Origin: Escherichia phage Lw1
Reading direction: 5' to 3' (one strand)
Sequence record: KC801932
DNA length: 64,000 nucleotides
The first letter of the stretch is position 1. The number at the start of each line of letters is the position of its first letter. Below are positions 38,085 through 47,340 of this stretch, piece by piece. Below the pieces are notes generated by a model. That model was not told where the DNA came from. It saw nothing but the letters and a program-made list of their open reading frames with translations, and ran no database searches. The position numbers and the translations under genes are program-made.

Positions 38085-38932
38085 ATTATTTGGGTGTGAT
38101 TCCCTATACGGGCAACAAGCAGAATTTATTGCCTAAGTTGTTTGAACTCTTTCCAGATCGCAGACATTATCATCGATTCGTTGATTGTTTTTGTGGTGGA
38201 TTGAGTGTGTCGCTAAACGTCCCCAAACCCGTTCTAAGCAACGATTACGATAAGACACTGATTGATGTGTATAAGATGCTTAAACGCGCTCCTGATCTCT
38301 CTGAGGTGCGAGAATTGATTGCTAAGAAGGGACTGAACAAAGAAAACAAGGAAGCGTATCTGGCTTTTCGTGAAGAATACAACCAGCATCGTGATCCGTT
38401 GTGGCTATACGTTCTGATCCTTCATTCGTTCAGCAATGTCAACCGCACCAATGAGAAAGGGGAGTTTAACGCGCATTTCGGATACCGGACGATAAACACA
38501 TCGACCGTGAAGAGGTTCGAACACTTCAAAAATAACGTGGCTGGAATTGAGTTTCGTTCTGGTTCATACTCTGATATTGAAATCAACGATAACGATTTTG
38601 TTTATTGCGATCCTCCGTACCTGATAACCGATGCGGTGTATAATAAATTCTGGAACGCAGATCGCGAACGCGAGTTATATGCTTTCCTTGACTCCCTGCA
38701 TGAGCGGGGCATTTGGTTTGGTTTGTCTAACGTGACGCACCATGCCGGAAAACAAAACGATATCCTGATTGAATGGATGAAGAAATACACCGTTCATAAC
38801 CTGGATAAAAAGTATCTGTTAGGGCAACACACAGAATCCTATGAGCAAAACAAAACACAGGAGGTGTACGTGTGCAACTACCAGAAACGAGAAGTAAATA
38901 CATTCCCACAAACACTAGATGATTTAATGTAG
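38081..38932 (+). CDS. dam: DNA adenine methyltransferase Dam
   Basis: 283 aa; YTGNKQ.LLP, FVD.FCGGLSVSLNV, DPPYLIT and NKFW match recalled T4 Dam. Confidence 0.88.
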   Translation: MNYLGVIPYTGNKQNLLPKLFELFPDRRHYHRFVDCFCGGLSVSLNVPKPVLSNDYDKTLIDVYKMLKRAPDLSEVRELIAKKGLNKENKEAYLAFREEYNQHRDPLWLYVLILHSFSNVNRTNEKGEFNAHFGYRTINTSTVKRFEHFKNNVAGIEFRSGSYSDIEINDNDFVYCDPPYLITDAVYNKFWNADRERELYAFLDSLHERGIWFGLSNVTHHAGKQNDILIEWMKKYTVHNLDKKYLLGQHTESYEQNKTQEVYVCNYQKREVNTFPQTLDDLM

Positions 38933-38938
38933 GTTAAC

Positions 38939-39211
38939 ATGTTTAAAATTTATGGCTATATCCCTTCCGTATACAATTGCGCTCCGTGCCTGAACTCGAA
39001 ACGACTGCTGGACGCAAAGAAACATGAATATGAATTCGTATCTGTTGCTGATTCCAAAGGCGAAGACGGCAAACCGATCCTGAATGAAAAAGTGATTGAC
39101 GAACTCGAAGGTCTTTTGGGTACTCGCAAAATGACCATGCCTCAGATTTTCCACGATGGGAAACACATTGGCGGGTTCGACCAACTTCGTGAGTATGTCC
39201 GCACCCTGTGA
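38939..39211 (+). CDS. nrdC: glutaredoxin/thioredoxin NrdC
   Basis: 90 aa; MFK.YGY...C.YC..AKRLL and TMPQ.F..G.HIGGFDQLREY match recalled T4 NrdC. Confidence 0.8.
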   Translation: MFKIYGYIPSVYNCAPCLNSKRLLDAKKHEYEFVSVADSKGEDGKPILNEKVIDELEGLLGTRKMTMPQIFHDGKHIGGFDQLREYVRTL

Positions 39212-39243
39212 TAAATAATGACACCTTACTGAATGGTGTTATT

Positions 39244-39726
39244 ATGCTGACGAAACGAATTACCAAAAAAGATTACCCAACAATCAAGCAAGCTCTCTTT
39301 GACAAACAAGGGGGCTGCTGTGCTCTCTGTAAACGTCCTCTTGAGGGTGATATAGAGAAACATCACCTTGACCATGACCATGCTTTAGACGGCGAAAACG
39401 CCGGACGTGTGCGCGGGCTTCTGTGTAACCTATGCAACGGTACAGAAGGTATTGTAAAGCACAAATTCAATCGATCCGGTCTGGTTTCCCGTGATGTTTA
39501 TTACATCGCCTGGTTAGAGAATCTGCTTGCATATCTCAAGCAAGACTATTCCGAAAACCGTATTCATGACAAATTCATACCAGATAAGGTAAAATGGTTT
39601 TCAAGACTTACCAAACCTGATATGATTGCCGAAATGGTTTCTATGGGCTTCGAGTACGCCGACAAAGACGAACGCAAAGCCTTAACCGCAAAATATAGAA
39701 AGCAATTAATGAAGGCAACCAAATGA
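39244..39726 (+). CDS. 49: recombination endonuclease VII (gp49)
   Basis: 160 aa from ATG 39244; HLDHDH.L.G..AG.VRGLLCNLCN..EG..KHKFNRSGL and WLENLL.YLK.DY matches recalled T4 gp49; the track ORF starts at GTG 39208. Confidence 0.82.
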   Translation: MLTKRITKKDYPTIKQALFDKQGGCCALCKRPLEGDIEKHHLDHDHALDGENAGRVRGLLCNLCNGTEGIVKHKFNRSGLVSRDVYYIAWLENLLAYLKQDYSENRIHDKFIPDKVKWFSRLTKPDMIAEMVSMGFEYADKDERKALTAKYRKQLMKATK

Positions 39727-41852
39727 AAGTAGAAAAGCGCGACAATACAATTGTCGATTTCGACAAAGAAAAAATCCGTAATGCAGTGTATAAAGCTGGA
39801 GGAACATCAGACGATGCTGATGCGGCTGTAGAATCTGCTATCGGTTCGTATCACCTGGATGGTAAACCAAACACAATTGCACGTATTCAAAGTGCTGTTG
39901 AAGAATCCTTGATGAAAACGAACCCAGCGGTCGCCCGTTCATACATTGAGTATCGCCACGATCGCGACATTGCCCGTGAACAGAAAAGCAAGCTGTTCTC
40001 TGATATCTCCGGCATGGTGAACCTGTCCAACAAAGAGATCACCAACGAGAACGCGAACAAAGATGCAAGGGTATTCCCGACACAGCGCGATTTGCTGGCG
40101 GGTATCGTAGCGAAGCATTTCGCCCGTAATCATATCCTCCCGAAACATATCGTAGAAGCGCATGATTCCGGTGACATCCACTATCACGATCTGGACTATA
40201 GCCCGTTCACCCCTTACACTAACTGCTGTCTGGTTGACCTGAAAGGTATGCTGGAGAACGGTTTTAAAATGGGTAACGCGGACATTGAACCGCCTAAATC
40301 GATCGGTGTTGCTACCGCTCTCATGGCGCAGATCACCGCACAGATTGCCTCTCACCAGTACGGCGGGACAACCTTTGCGAACGTGGATAAAGTGCTGGCT
40401 CCATACGTCGAAATGACATTCTTCAAACATCTGCACGATGCTGAACATTACGGTATCGAACACTATAATGATTATGTGTATGCGATTGAAAAGACTGAAA
40501 AAGATGTGTATGATGCGTTCCAGTCCTATGAGTATGAAGTAAACACCCTACATACTGCCAACGGACAAACCCCGTTTGTTACCATCACTTTCGGTACTGG
40601 TACGAGCGATTATGAACGCATGATCCAGAAAGCGATCCTGAAAAACCGTATTCGCGGCCTTGGTAAAGAGGGTATTACTCCGGTATTCCCGAAACTGGTT
40701 ATGTTCATGGAAAAAGGAATTAACCTTGATCCAGAGGATCAAAACTATGACATCAAACAACTTGCCCTGGAATGTGCTTCGAAACGCATGTACCCAGATA
40801 TCATTAGCGCATCTAATAACCGCCGTATCACTGGTTCTAGCGTTCCTGTATCTCCTATGGGTTGTCGCAGTTTCCTTAGCGTGTGGCATGATGATAACGG
40901 TAATGAAATTCTGGATGGACGTAATAACCTTGGTGTGGTGACAATCAACCTCCCGCGCATTGCGATCGAAGCTGAAGCACAGGAAGATGAAGACGCACAC
41001 GACGCATTCTGGCGCATCCTTGATGAACGTCTGGATCTGTGCTTTGAAGCCCTGATGACTCGTATCGAAAGCCTACGCGGTGTTAAAGCCAGTGTTGCGC
41101 CGATCCTGTACACAGAAGGTGCTTTTGGTGTCCGACTGAAACCGGATGATGAAATTCTGGAACTGTTCAAAAATGGGCGTAGCTCTATCAGCCTTGGTTA
41201 TATCGGACTACATGAAACACTGTTGATGTTCGGATCTGGACAACACCCATTCGATCGGGTTGGCTCCCAGAATTTCGGTAAACATGTTCTGGAACACCTG
41301 AAAAACAAAACCGAACGTTGGAAAGCCCAAACAGGCTTTGGATTCAGCCTGTATTCAACCCCTGCTGAATCTCTCTGTCACCGTTTCTGCAAACTTGATT
41401 ATCAGAAGTTCGGAAGCATCAAAGGGATCACTGATAAGGGTTGGTATACAAACAGTTTCCATCTTGACGTTGACCGCAAGGTAACACCGTTCGAGAAAAT
41501 CGACTATGAAGCCGATTATCATTACATTGCGACTGCTGGACATATCAGCTATGTAGAATTTCCTGATATGAAAAACAACCTGGAAGCACTTGAAAAAGTC
41601 TGGGATTACGCGATGGAAAAACTGGACTACTTCGGAACTAACCTTCCGGTCGATAAGTGCTTTGTATGTGGCTCTGATGACGAGTTCACGCCTACAGAAG
41701 ACGGTTTCCACTGTAAGCACTGCGGTAATCACGATCCGGCTAAAATGAGCGTCACGCGCCGTACATGCGGTTATTTGGGTGCTCCTGCTGTTCGTGGATT
41801 CAACGAAGGTAAGAACAAAGAAATGATGCACCGAACTAAGCATCAAAATTAA
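39723..41852 (+). CDS. nrdD: anaerobic ribonucleoside-triphosphate reductase NrdD
   Basis: 709 aa; N-terminal ATP-cone-like segment; C-terminal CxxC...C..C zinc site and glycyl-radical motif RTCGYLG; no intron interruption evident. Confidence 0.9.
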   Translation: MKVEKRDNTIVDFDKEKIRNAVYKAGGTSDDADAAVESAIGSYHLDGKPNTIARIQSAVEESLMKTNPAVARSYIEYRHDRDIAREQKSKLFSDISGMVNLSNKEITNENANKDARVFPTQRDLLAGIVAKHFARNHILPKHIVEAHDSGDIHYHDLDYSPFTPYTNCCLVDLKGMLENGFKMGNADIEPPKSIGVATALMAQITAQIASHQYGGTTFANVDKVLAPYVEMTFFKHLHDAEHYGIEHYNDYVYAIEKTEKDVYDAFQSYEYEVNTLHTANGQTPFVTITFGTGTSDYERMIQKAILKNRIRGLGKEGITPVFPKLVMFMEKGINLDPEDQNYDIKQLALECASKRMYPDIISASNNRRITGSSVPVSPMGCRSFLSVWHDDNGNEILDGRNNLGVVTINLPRIAIEAEAQEDEDAHDAFWRILDERLDLCFEALMTRIESLRGVKASVAPILYTEGAFGVRLKPDDEILELFKNGRSSISLGYIGLHETLLMFGSGQHPFDRVGSQNFGKHVLEHLKNKTERWKAQTGFGFSLYSTPAESLCHRFCKLDYQKFGSIKGITDKGWYTNSFHLDVDRKVTPFEKIDYEADYHYIATAGHISYVEFPDMKNNLEALEKVWDYAMEKLDYFGTNLPVDKCFVCGSDDEFTPTEDGFHCKHCGNHDPAKMSVTRRTCGYLGAPAVRGFNEGKNKEMMHRTKHQN

Positions 41853-41856
41853 TCAA

Positions 41857-41887
41857 AAAGCCCCTTGCGAAAGTGAGGGGCTTTTGT
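41857..41887 (+). terminator. rho-independent terminator after nrdD
   Basis: GCCCCT-tgcgaaagtg-AGGGGC followed by TTTTGTT. Confidence 0.6.
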
Positions 41888-41923
41888 TATATTGCACATA
41901 CCTAAACTATGAGGTATTGAAAA

Positions 41924-42406
41924 ATGATGTACTGGACAAAAGATTATTTTGAATTTCGTGATGAAGAAAGTTTTGGGACGGTGTACCGCAACTTAGCTTT
42001 GCGTGGTAGTCCTCTGTCGCCTAATCAACTATCATCTGTCGTGTTTCCAATCAAGGTAACGCACTGTGATCGGAAAGGTGTCAATGGGATCGTTGATGCC
42101 AATGGCACAACCTGGTATTCCGAAGATTCATATCTGTTTGACAACGAGGATCGCGGATTCTTTAAAAAGTTTGTCGCGCTTAAACCTGCTGTTGAAAAAG
42201 CAGACGCACAACAACTGCTGGACTGTTCGCATCTTCTGGGACGAATCTACGTAGATGGTAAACTGGTGACGAAACCTGGTGATCTGGAAAAATTCTTGCG
42301 TAAGGCGCGGGAAACTACCCTGAAAGACACCGAAAAACGACACGTCACAGCAACCGCCGATCTACAGCGTTTATCTGGTGAACTGAAAGTTCTGTGGGGT
42401 GAATGA
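41924..42406 (+). CDS. hypothetical protein
   Basis: 160 aa; TGAGGT 8 nt upstream of the ATG; first gene of the nrdD-nrdG insertion. Confidence 0.5.
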   Translation: MMYWTKDYFEFRDEESFGTVYRNLALRGSPLSPNQLSSVVFPIKVTHCDRKGVNGIVDANGTTWYSEDSYLFDNEDRGFFKKFVALKPAVEKADAQQLLDCSHLLGRIYVDGKLVTKPGDLEKFLRKARETTLKDTEKRHVTATADLQRLSGELKVLWGE

Positions 42407-42906
42407 TGTTCGAGAAAATCCTTGATACTCTGTTTCCCTCCCGTGTACGCGCACGGGTAGAGCGAGAAAACCGACTCGAAGAAATCCGTTTTAACAAGTT
42501 CCTTGAGGACAAGAAGAAGCGCGAAGACGAGAAACACCCAAACGCGGTAATGGCTGAGGGTGTATCGAAATGTTCTGTCGGGCGGTTCTGGGTTGAAAAG
42601 GATTATCTTGATCTGATAGGTGCAATTGCACCTGGTGTTACGCTGGAGGACTTATCCCGTGCAACAGGACGTTCGTATACAGGATGTATAAATCGTCTCC
42701 GTATGTTGTCTATAGTGGTGCGTGGTGCGCATTTTGGCTATCGTGACGTTATCCTTCCGGTGATCCCAGTAAGCAGATTAAAAATTCACCTTGCAAACGG
42801 AAAAAGAATTGACTTAACCGAAGAACTATGTAGAATAGGCTATATCAGAGAGGGGAAATTCGTGAAAGCCCCTGAATGGTTCATCAAACAATTTGAAATC
42901 AAATAA
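42403..42906 (+). CDS. hypothetical protein
   Basis: 167 aa; start overlaps the preceding stop. Confidence 0.5.
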   Translation: MMFEKILDTLFPSRVRARVERENRLEEIRFNKFLEDKKKREDEKHPNAVMAEGVSKCSVGRFWVEKDYLDLIGAIAPGVTLEDLSRATGRSYTGCINRLRMLSIVVRGAHFGYRDVILPVIPVSRLKIHLANGKRIDLTEELCRIGYIREGKFVKAPEWFIKQFEIK

Positions 42907-42915
42907 GGTAATATT

Positions 42916-43512
42916 ATGTTTAAGAAACTGATGTCTTTCATTAACAATAAAGCAGAAACCGCCATCGAAAAGAACACTTCCCCAGAAGACGCATGGCGTA
43001 GTGCTGGACGTATTCTGATCAAAGAGATCGACCGTCTGCGACATACTCGCATTACCGCTGCACACGAAATCAAGAAGCTGGAGAAGAAGGTCGCGGAACA
43101 TAAAGCGCACCATGAGAACAAAGAAGCAGAAATCAAAAAACTGCTGGCGGCTAATCAGGAAGTTTCGAACAGCCATTACATCCTGGCGCTGCAACATCGC
43201 AATATCTGGCAAGGGTTGCAGGACAAGATTGAAGATCTTCGCAGCATGAATGTTCAGATCGACCTTTCGGTTGTCGAACTGGATAAGAAAATGGCTGAGG
43301 TTAAAATCAACCTTGACATTATCGAACTGAACAAAGAAACCGAAAACATGGGCCTGACAATACCGGAAGATGTGATCGCCAGCGTGGGACATACCACTGT
43401 GAACGTCGATACAATCGTAACGAAAATTGATGTGTTGCTGGGTGGCAAGAACGCCGCTTCCGTAACCTCTGCCGATGTCAGCGCGTATATCGATGCCCTA
43501 AAAGCAAACTAA
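42916..43512 (+). CDS. PspA/IM30-like coiled-coil protein (putative)
   Basis: 198 aa, heptad-rich; N-terminal 45 aa (MFKKLMSFINNKAETAIEKNTSPEDAWRSAGRILIKEIDRLR) align in pattern with E. coli PspA N-terminus ([44 protein letters not shown]). Confidence 0.45.
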   Translation: MFKKLMSFINNKAETAIEKNTSPEDAWRSAGRILIKEIDRLRHTRITAAHEIKKLEKKVAEHKAHHENKEAEIKKLLAANQEVSNSHYILALQHRNIWQGLQDKIEDLRSMNVQIDLSVVELDKKMAEVKINLDIIELNKETENMGLTIPEDVIASVGHTTVNVDTIVTKIDVLLGGKNAASVTSADVSAYIDALKAN

Positions 43513-43517
43513 GAGGA

Positions 43518-43538
43518 AGGGGCGAAAGCCCCTTTTTT
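43518..43538 (+). terminator. rho-independent terminator
   Basis: AGGGGC-gaaa-GCCCCT followed by TTTTTT. Confidence 0.75.
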
Positions 43539-43542
43539 CATT

Positions 43543-44430
43543 ATGTATAGTATTGAGAAAGATTATGGCGGTGGTTGCTGGGTAGTAGATCATGTTACTC
43601 TTGTAAAAGAAAAACTTCCTGATAACTGGGAATTTTTATCTACATCCACGAAAAATCGTATTGCTGATACTGTTTACCGTACAGCAATGGAACGACATAA
43701 AAATGATATTCATCGACGAAAAGCACAGATGTTGAAATCTCGTAATATCGATGTTAGTCATTTGGATATAATAGGAACTCAACCGATGACGCTTTCAAGC
43801 ATCACCAACGCTTACGTGAATGGCGAAACCCGCGAGGAAGAAAAAATGATGTGGGAACCTGGATTATCAGAACCGGATAATGGATATAAAAAGCAAATGC
43901 AATCTCTTGATTTTAATGAGAAAATCAATAATTTGCTTAATTATTGCGCATCGAGCGTTTCGTCGTGGGAATATCATGGCCCGATTGATATAGCAGGTTT
44001 TACTGCTCGTGGTGTTGAGGTTTTTAACTTCGAAAAACTGATGAATGGTATCATGTCTTCTGACTATATCGTTTCTGTGAATGTCCCTGTTGTTGCGACA
44101 TCCCGTTTTTCATCTCCTTGTAACGTTGTTACGGATAAACTTAATATTGTTGCTGTCGATAATAGCGATGTTAATATTAGCGATGGTGATAGAATCGGAA
44201 GCATCCTGGTTGCCCTAGAACTGACTTGCGAAGACGGCTATACTTGTAGTATGTTTGTTGTTTCTTGTGTTGATGATGCCGTGAACTCAGTGTTTACTAA
44301 TTTCAGCAAGAAATTAAATGCTCTGCATATTGAAAAATTTATACACAAATGTAAAAAGAACGTGATGGGGAATTATGATCCGTCATTAACATACACGAAA
44401 ATTGATGAAAACATGGTGGACTTATGCTGA
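43543..44430 (+). CDS. hypothetical protein
   Basis: 295 aa ORF; no recognised family. Confidence 0.5.
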   Translation: MYSIEKDYGGGCWVVDHVTLVKEKLPDNWEFLSTSTKNRIADTVYRTAMERHKNDIHRRKAQMLKSRNIDVSHLDIIGTQPMTLSSITNAYVNGETREEEKMMWEPGLSEPDNGYKKQMQSLDFNEKINNLLNYCASSVSSWEYHGPIDIAGFTARGVEVFNFEKLMNGIMSSDYIVSVNVPVVATSRFSSPCNVVTDKLNIVAVDNSDVNISDGDRIGSILVALELTCEDGYTCSMFVVSCVDDAVNSVFTNFSKKLNALHIEKFIHKCKKNVMGNYDPSLTYTKIDENMVDLC

Positions 44431-44714
44431 TTAATACGGCGCAATGTAAAGCCCTGAACTTTCTGATTCATGAACTGGTTGAATACGATATTCCTTTTGA
44501 GTTCGTCGATCCGATAAACTCAGAATACAACTATACGTTTTTCTGGTCGTCTGGTGATGACAGTATCGACGCGGTGGATAAAATCGTTAGAAGTGCTCTA
44601 CGTAATAATAGCATGGTGATGATCGGAAGCGTAAACGCTAACACCTGGAACGGTGCTGATGCGTATTTCATCGGCTATCGGACTATGTTTGATACGGTAG
44701 TAGAAATATGTTGA
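44424..44714 (+). CDS. hypothetical protein
   Basis: 96 aa ORF overlapping the preceding stop. Confidence 0.45.
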   Translation: MLINTAQCKALNFLIHELVEYDIPFEFVDPINSEYNYTFFWSSGDDSIDAVDKIVRSALRNNSMVMIGSVNANTWNGADAYFIGYRTMFDTVVEIC

Positions 44715-44739
44715 CAGCGGATTCATGAACGCGTACTAT
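44711..44739 (+). promoter_or_regulatory. sigma70-like promoter TTGACA-N17-TACTAT followed by a 5' hairpin
   Basis: Hexamers at 44711-44716 and 44734-44739; hairpin GCCCCTGTAG...CTATAGGGGC at 44740-44767 directly downstream. Confidence 0.5.
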
Positions 44740-44773
44740 GCCCCTGTAGACAACAAACTATAGGGGCTAAATC

Positions 44774-45010
44774 ATGAAAATCAAAAATACTGCTACTGAA
44801 AATCTTTGCAACGAAATCGCGGTGACTTACTGGAAAGAAGGTCACGCAAAAGCAATGAAGGATTTTCAACACTGGAAAGAAGGTCACGCAAAAGCAATGA
44901 AGGATTTTCAACCGTGGTGTGATACCCAGAAGTTAGCCAAATGGGAATACATCGTAATCGTGGAACGGATCAAAGAACTGATCCTTGAGAAGAAAGGCAC
45001 TATAAAATGA
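44774..45010 (+). CDS. hypothetical small protein containing an in-frame 14-codon tandem duplication
   Basis: 78 aa; WKEGHAKAMKDFQH / WKEGHAKAMKDFQP encoded by the 42-bp tandem repeat. Confidence 0.45.
   Translation: MKIKNTATENLCNEIAVTYWKEGHAKAMKDFQHWKEGHAKAMKDFQPWCDTQKLAKWEYIVIVERIKELILEKKGTIK
44830..44913 (+). repeat. perfect-over-40-nt tandem duplication, period 42 bp, 2 copies
   Basis: ctggaaagaaggtcacgcaaaagcaatgaaggattttcaa at 44830-44869 and again at 44872-44911. Confidence 0.9.
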
Positions 45011-45068
45011 TTCAACTGAAATTAGACACCTATACGCTGAACAATCTGTTCCCAGAGGCAAAAGGCTG

Positions 45069-45560
45069 ATGAACTTTGACCGCATCTACAACATGGATGT
45101 GGTCAACGGTAAAGGAATCCGTGTAGTGTTGTTTGTCACTGGCTGCAATCATAAATGCGAAGGTTGCTACAACAAATCAACATGGAATCCCCGCAACGGT
45201 ACACCATACACCGAAGAGACTGAAAACGAGTTGATTAAACTCCTTTCAAATCCTTATGTGGACGGATTGACGCTTACAGGTGGCGATCCGTTTTACCGCA
45301 CCAATCATCCAACACTGTTAAACCTGCTCCAGCGCGTTCGTGCTGAGTTGCCGGATAAGAACGTATGGGTTTGGACAGGCTACACACTGGACGCCTTACA
45401 AAGCGATACAGAACGTTCTAAGCTACTTCCGTTTATTGATGTTCTTATCGACGGGAAGTATGAAAAAGATTTGCCGACTAAGAAACCGTTTCGCGGTTCT
45501 GATAATCAGCGATTGATTGAGTTTCAGAAAGATTCAATAGAAATTAAAAATATCGCTTGA
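45069..45560 (+). CDS. nrdG: anaerobic ribonucleotide reductase activating protein NrdG
   Basis: 163 aa; radical-SAM C-x3-C-x2-C (CNHKCEGC) and GLTLTGGDP motifs. Confidence 0.85.
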   Translation: MNFDRIYNMDVVNGKGIRVVLFVTGCNHKCEGCYNKSTWNPRNGTPYTEETENELIKLLSNPYVDGLTLTGGDPFYRTNHPTLLNLLQRVRAELPDKNVWVWTGYTLDALQSDTERSKLLPFIDVLIDGKYEKDLPTKKPFRGSDNQRLIEFQKDSIEIKNIA

Positions 45561-45626
45561 CCTGGTTGGTGATTCTGATAAGATGTAGCACGTAACGAAA
45601 CATAAACTTTAATTGAGAGAAACATT

Positions 45627-46574
45627 ATGATCCTGAATTTCAAAACCCGTAATGAAGCCCGTAAGTATTGCTGGAAGTGGAACATTCCGCCGAAAAACAT
45701 CAAAAAGCATAACGATGGTTCAAACCATCCGTGGCGCGTAACAACCGAAGAAACCATGTTCAAAGTAGGACGTGATTATAAACTGGTTGATGTTGAAGGT
45801 TTTACCGAAGGTGGTAAAAATCGCGCAAATAAAGTACAGGCAGAACAAATCAATGCTCATTTGAATGGCGTGATCTCCCTGGTAAGCAAAGACGGCGACA
45901 AGTTCCGTTTTAAATCTCCGGCTAACGTAGCAATGGACGTTGTGCGTCCGTGGGAAGCGCGTTTCTTCAAAGAAGTTGCATCAGTTGTCAACGCAAAGCC
46001 GAAGAAAGCCGCTGCTGCTAAAAGACCAACGAAAGTAACACCAGTGAAGCCTGAAATCAAACCTGCTCCGGTTGAAGATCTGGACGCGGTGCTTGATGGT
46101 GGTGTTAACCTCGCTCCGGTTGAAGAAAAAACGTTTAGCGAAGCATGGCCTGGTATTTTTGTAACCAATACACCTTACGTTCTGGTTGACGAAGATGGTT
46201 TCATTGCTGCACATCACGGCGATGCAAATAAAATCATTGTCGATTACATGAAATCGAACAATAATGTTCTCGTGTTCGACTTTTTTGACCAAGACGGTGA
46301 CGCTATTATAAAAACCAACGGGCAACGTCTACCGTATGTTATGAAACGTGAGCGTAAATTCTTCCGCGAACTGGGTACTGGTAAAGCTCCAGAAACTCCA
46401 GCAGTACAGGCGGTTGATATCGAAGCTCAGAAACGTGATCAAGAAATCATCGCTGCTGCTCAGAAAGTAGAAGACGCACTGGCAGAACACCAGAAAGCAA
46501 TCGAAATCGTACAGAAAGCCGCTCGCGCTGTTCGCGAAGCTGCACAAGAACTTGCGCTCCTGGCACGTAAGTAA
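45627..46574 (+). CDS. hypothetical protein with lysine/alanine/proline-rich linker
   Basis: 315 aa; central low-complexity AKPKKAAAAKRPTKVTPVKPEIKPAPV; no recognised family. Confidence 0.5.
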   Translation: MILNFKTRNEARKYCWKWNIPPKNIKKHNDGSNHPWRVTTEETMFKVGRDYKLVDVEGFTEGGKNRANKVQAEQINAHLNGVISLVSKDGDKFRFKSPANVAMDVVRPWEARFFKEVASVVNAKPKKAAAAKRPTKVTPVKPEIKPAPVEDLDAVLDGGVNLAPVEEKTFSEAWPGIFVTNTPYVLVDEDGFIAAHHGDANKIIVDYMKSNNNVLVFDFFDQDGDAIIKTNGQRLPYVMKRERKFFRELGTGKAPETPAVQAVDIEAQKRDQEIIAAAQKVEDALAEHQKAIEIVQKAARAVREAAQELALLARK

Positions 46575-46582
46575 TACAATTT

Positions 46583-46609
46583 GGGGATGCTGAAAAGCAT
46601 CCCCTTTTT
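46583..46609 (+). terminator. rho-independent terminator
   Basis: GGGGATGC-tgaaaa-GCATCCCC followed by TTTTT. Confidence 0.75.
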
Positions 46610-46623
46610 ATTTGAGGTATATT

Positions 46624-47340
46624 ATGGAATTGTTAGCTGGAAAAACTTACGGGTTGACCGTATCCCCAGAAGTGTTTGCTGAAAAGACCTGGAAAACTGG
46701 TATCGCTGGAATCCTTCGTGATAAAGGTTATATTACTGTTGACAGAACTTCTATTGGTGAATTTGAAGACCGCGCATTTATTGTCGATGGTGGATATGAA
46801 TACGAAATTCCATCTTCTGAATGGAAATGGTTTAAAGAAGTAACCCCGCAAGATGGTGAATTCGTGGAACCTACACAGGAAGTTCAGTCTGATACGCGAG
46901 AAATGGATGGTTTCGTTGCTCAGAATATAGAAAAACTGGACATCCCTTCTTTTACGTTTCAGGATTCAGACGGTTTTAAAACGATGCCACTCGCACCGTA
47001 CAACCCGATTAAAAATCTGGACATCCACACCACTTTCGGAAAAGAACTGGAAGAGATCCGCATCGTTCCTGATCCCTGCAACAAATCTGGACTGCATTTG
47101 CGTTTCGCGTTGCAACATCTTTTCAATGGTGGTAGCATCTATCAAATCGATATGGAAAGCTCGCTGAAAACTCAGGAAGAAGAGATCGAAAAACTTTTCA
47201 ATCTTCATGCCCGATTAGAAGCAGTTGAACACATCGAAAAACTGTTAGGCAAAGAGAAAGCGCGAATTGTGCAAGAACTCGCGCCATACGGAAAGAAAGA
47301 TGAAAGTAGAAATTTACGGAATTCCCGAAAACGTTCATAA
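46624..47340 (+). CDS. hypothetical protein
   Basis: 238 aa from ATG 46624 (TGAGGT upstream); 3' end overlaps the nrdH start in another frame. Confidence 0.45.
   Translation: MELLAGKTYGLTVSPEVFAEKTWKTGIAGILRDKGYITVDRTSIGEFEDRAFIVDGGYEYEIPSSEWKWFKEVTPQDGEFVEPTQEVQSDTREMDGFVAQNIEKLDIPSFTFQDSDGFKTMPLAPYNPIKNLDIHTTFGKELEEIRIVPDPCNKSGLHLRFALQHLFNGGSIYQIDMESSLKTQEEEIEKLFNLHARLEAVEHIEKLLGKEKARIVQELAPYGKKDESRNLRNSRKRS

Noticed and set aside
39723-41852. Possible group I intron or intein in nrdD, as in T4
   Set aside because: The 709-aa reading frame is continuous with motifs in the expected order; no interruption or embedded homing-endonuclease ORF seen
42826-43392. 188-aa minus-strand ORF opposite the PspA-like gene
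   Set aside because: Antisense to a coiled-coil gene (mirror heptad periodicity readily creates open antisense frames); no ribosome-binding site
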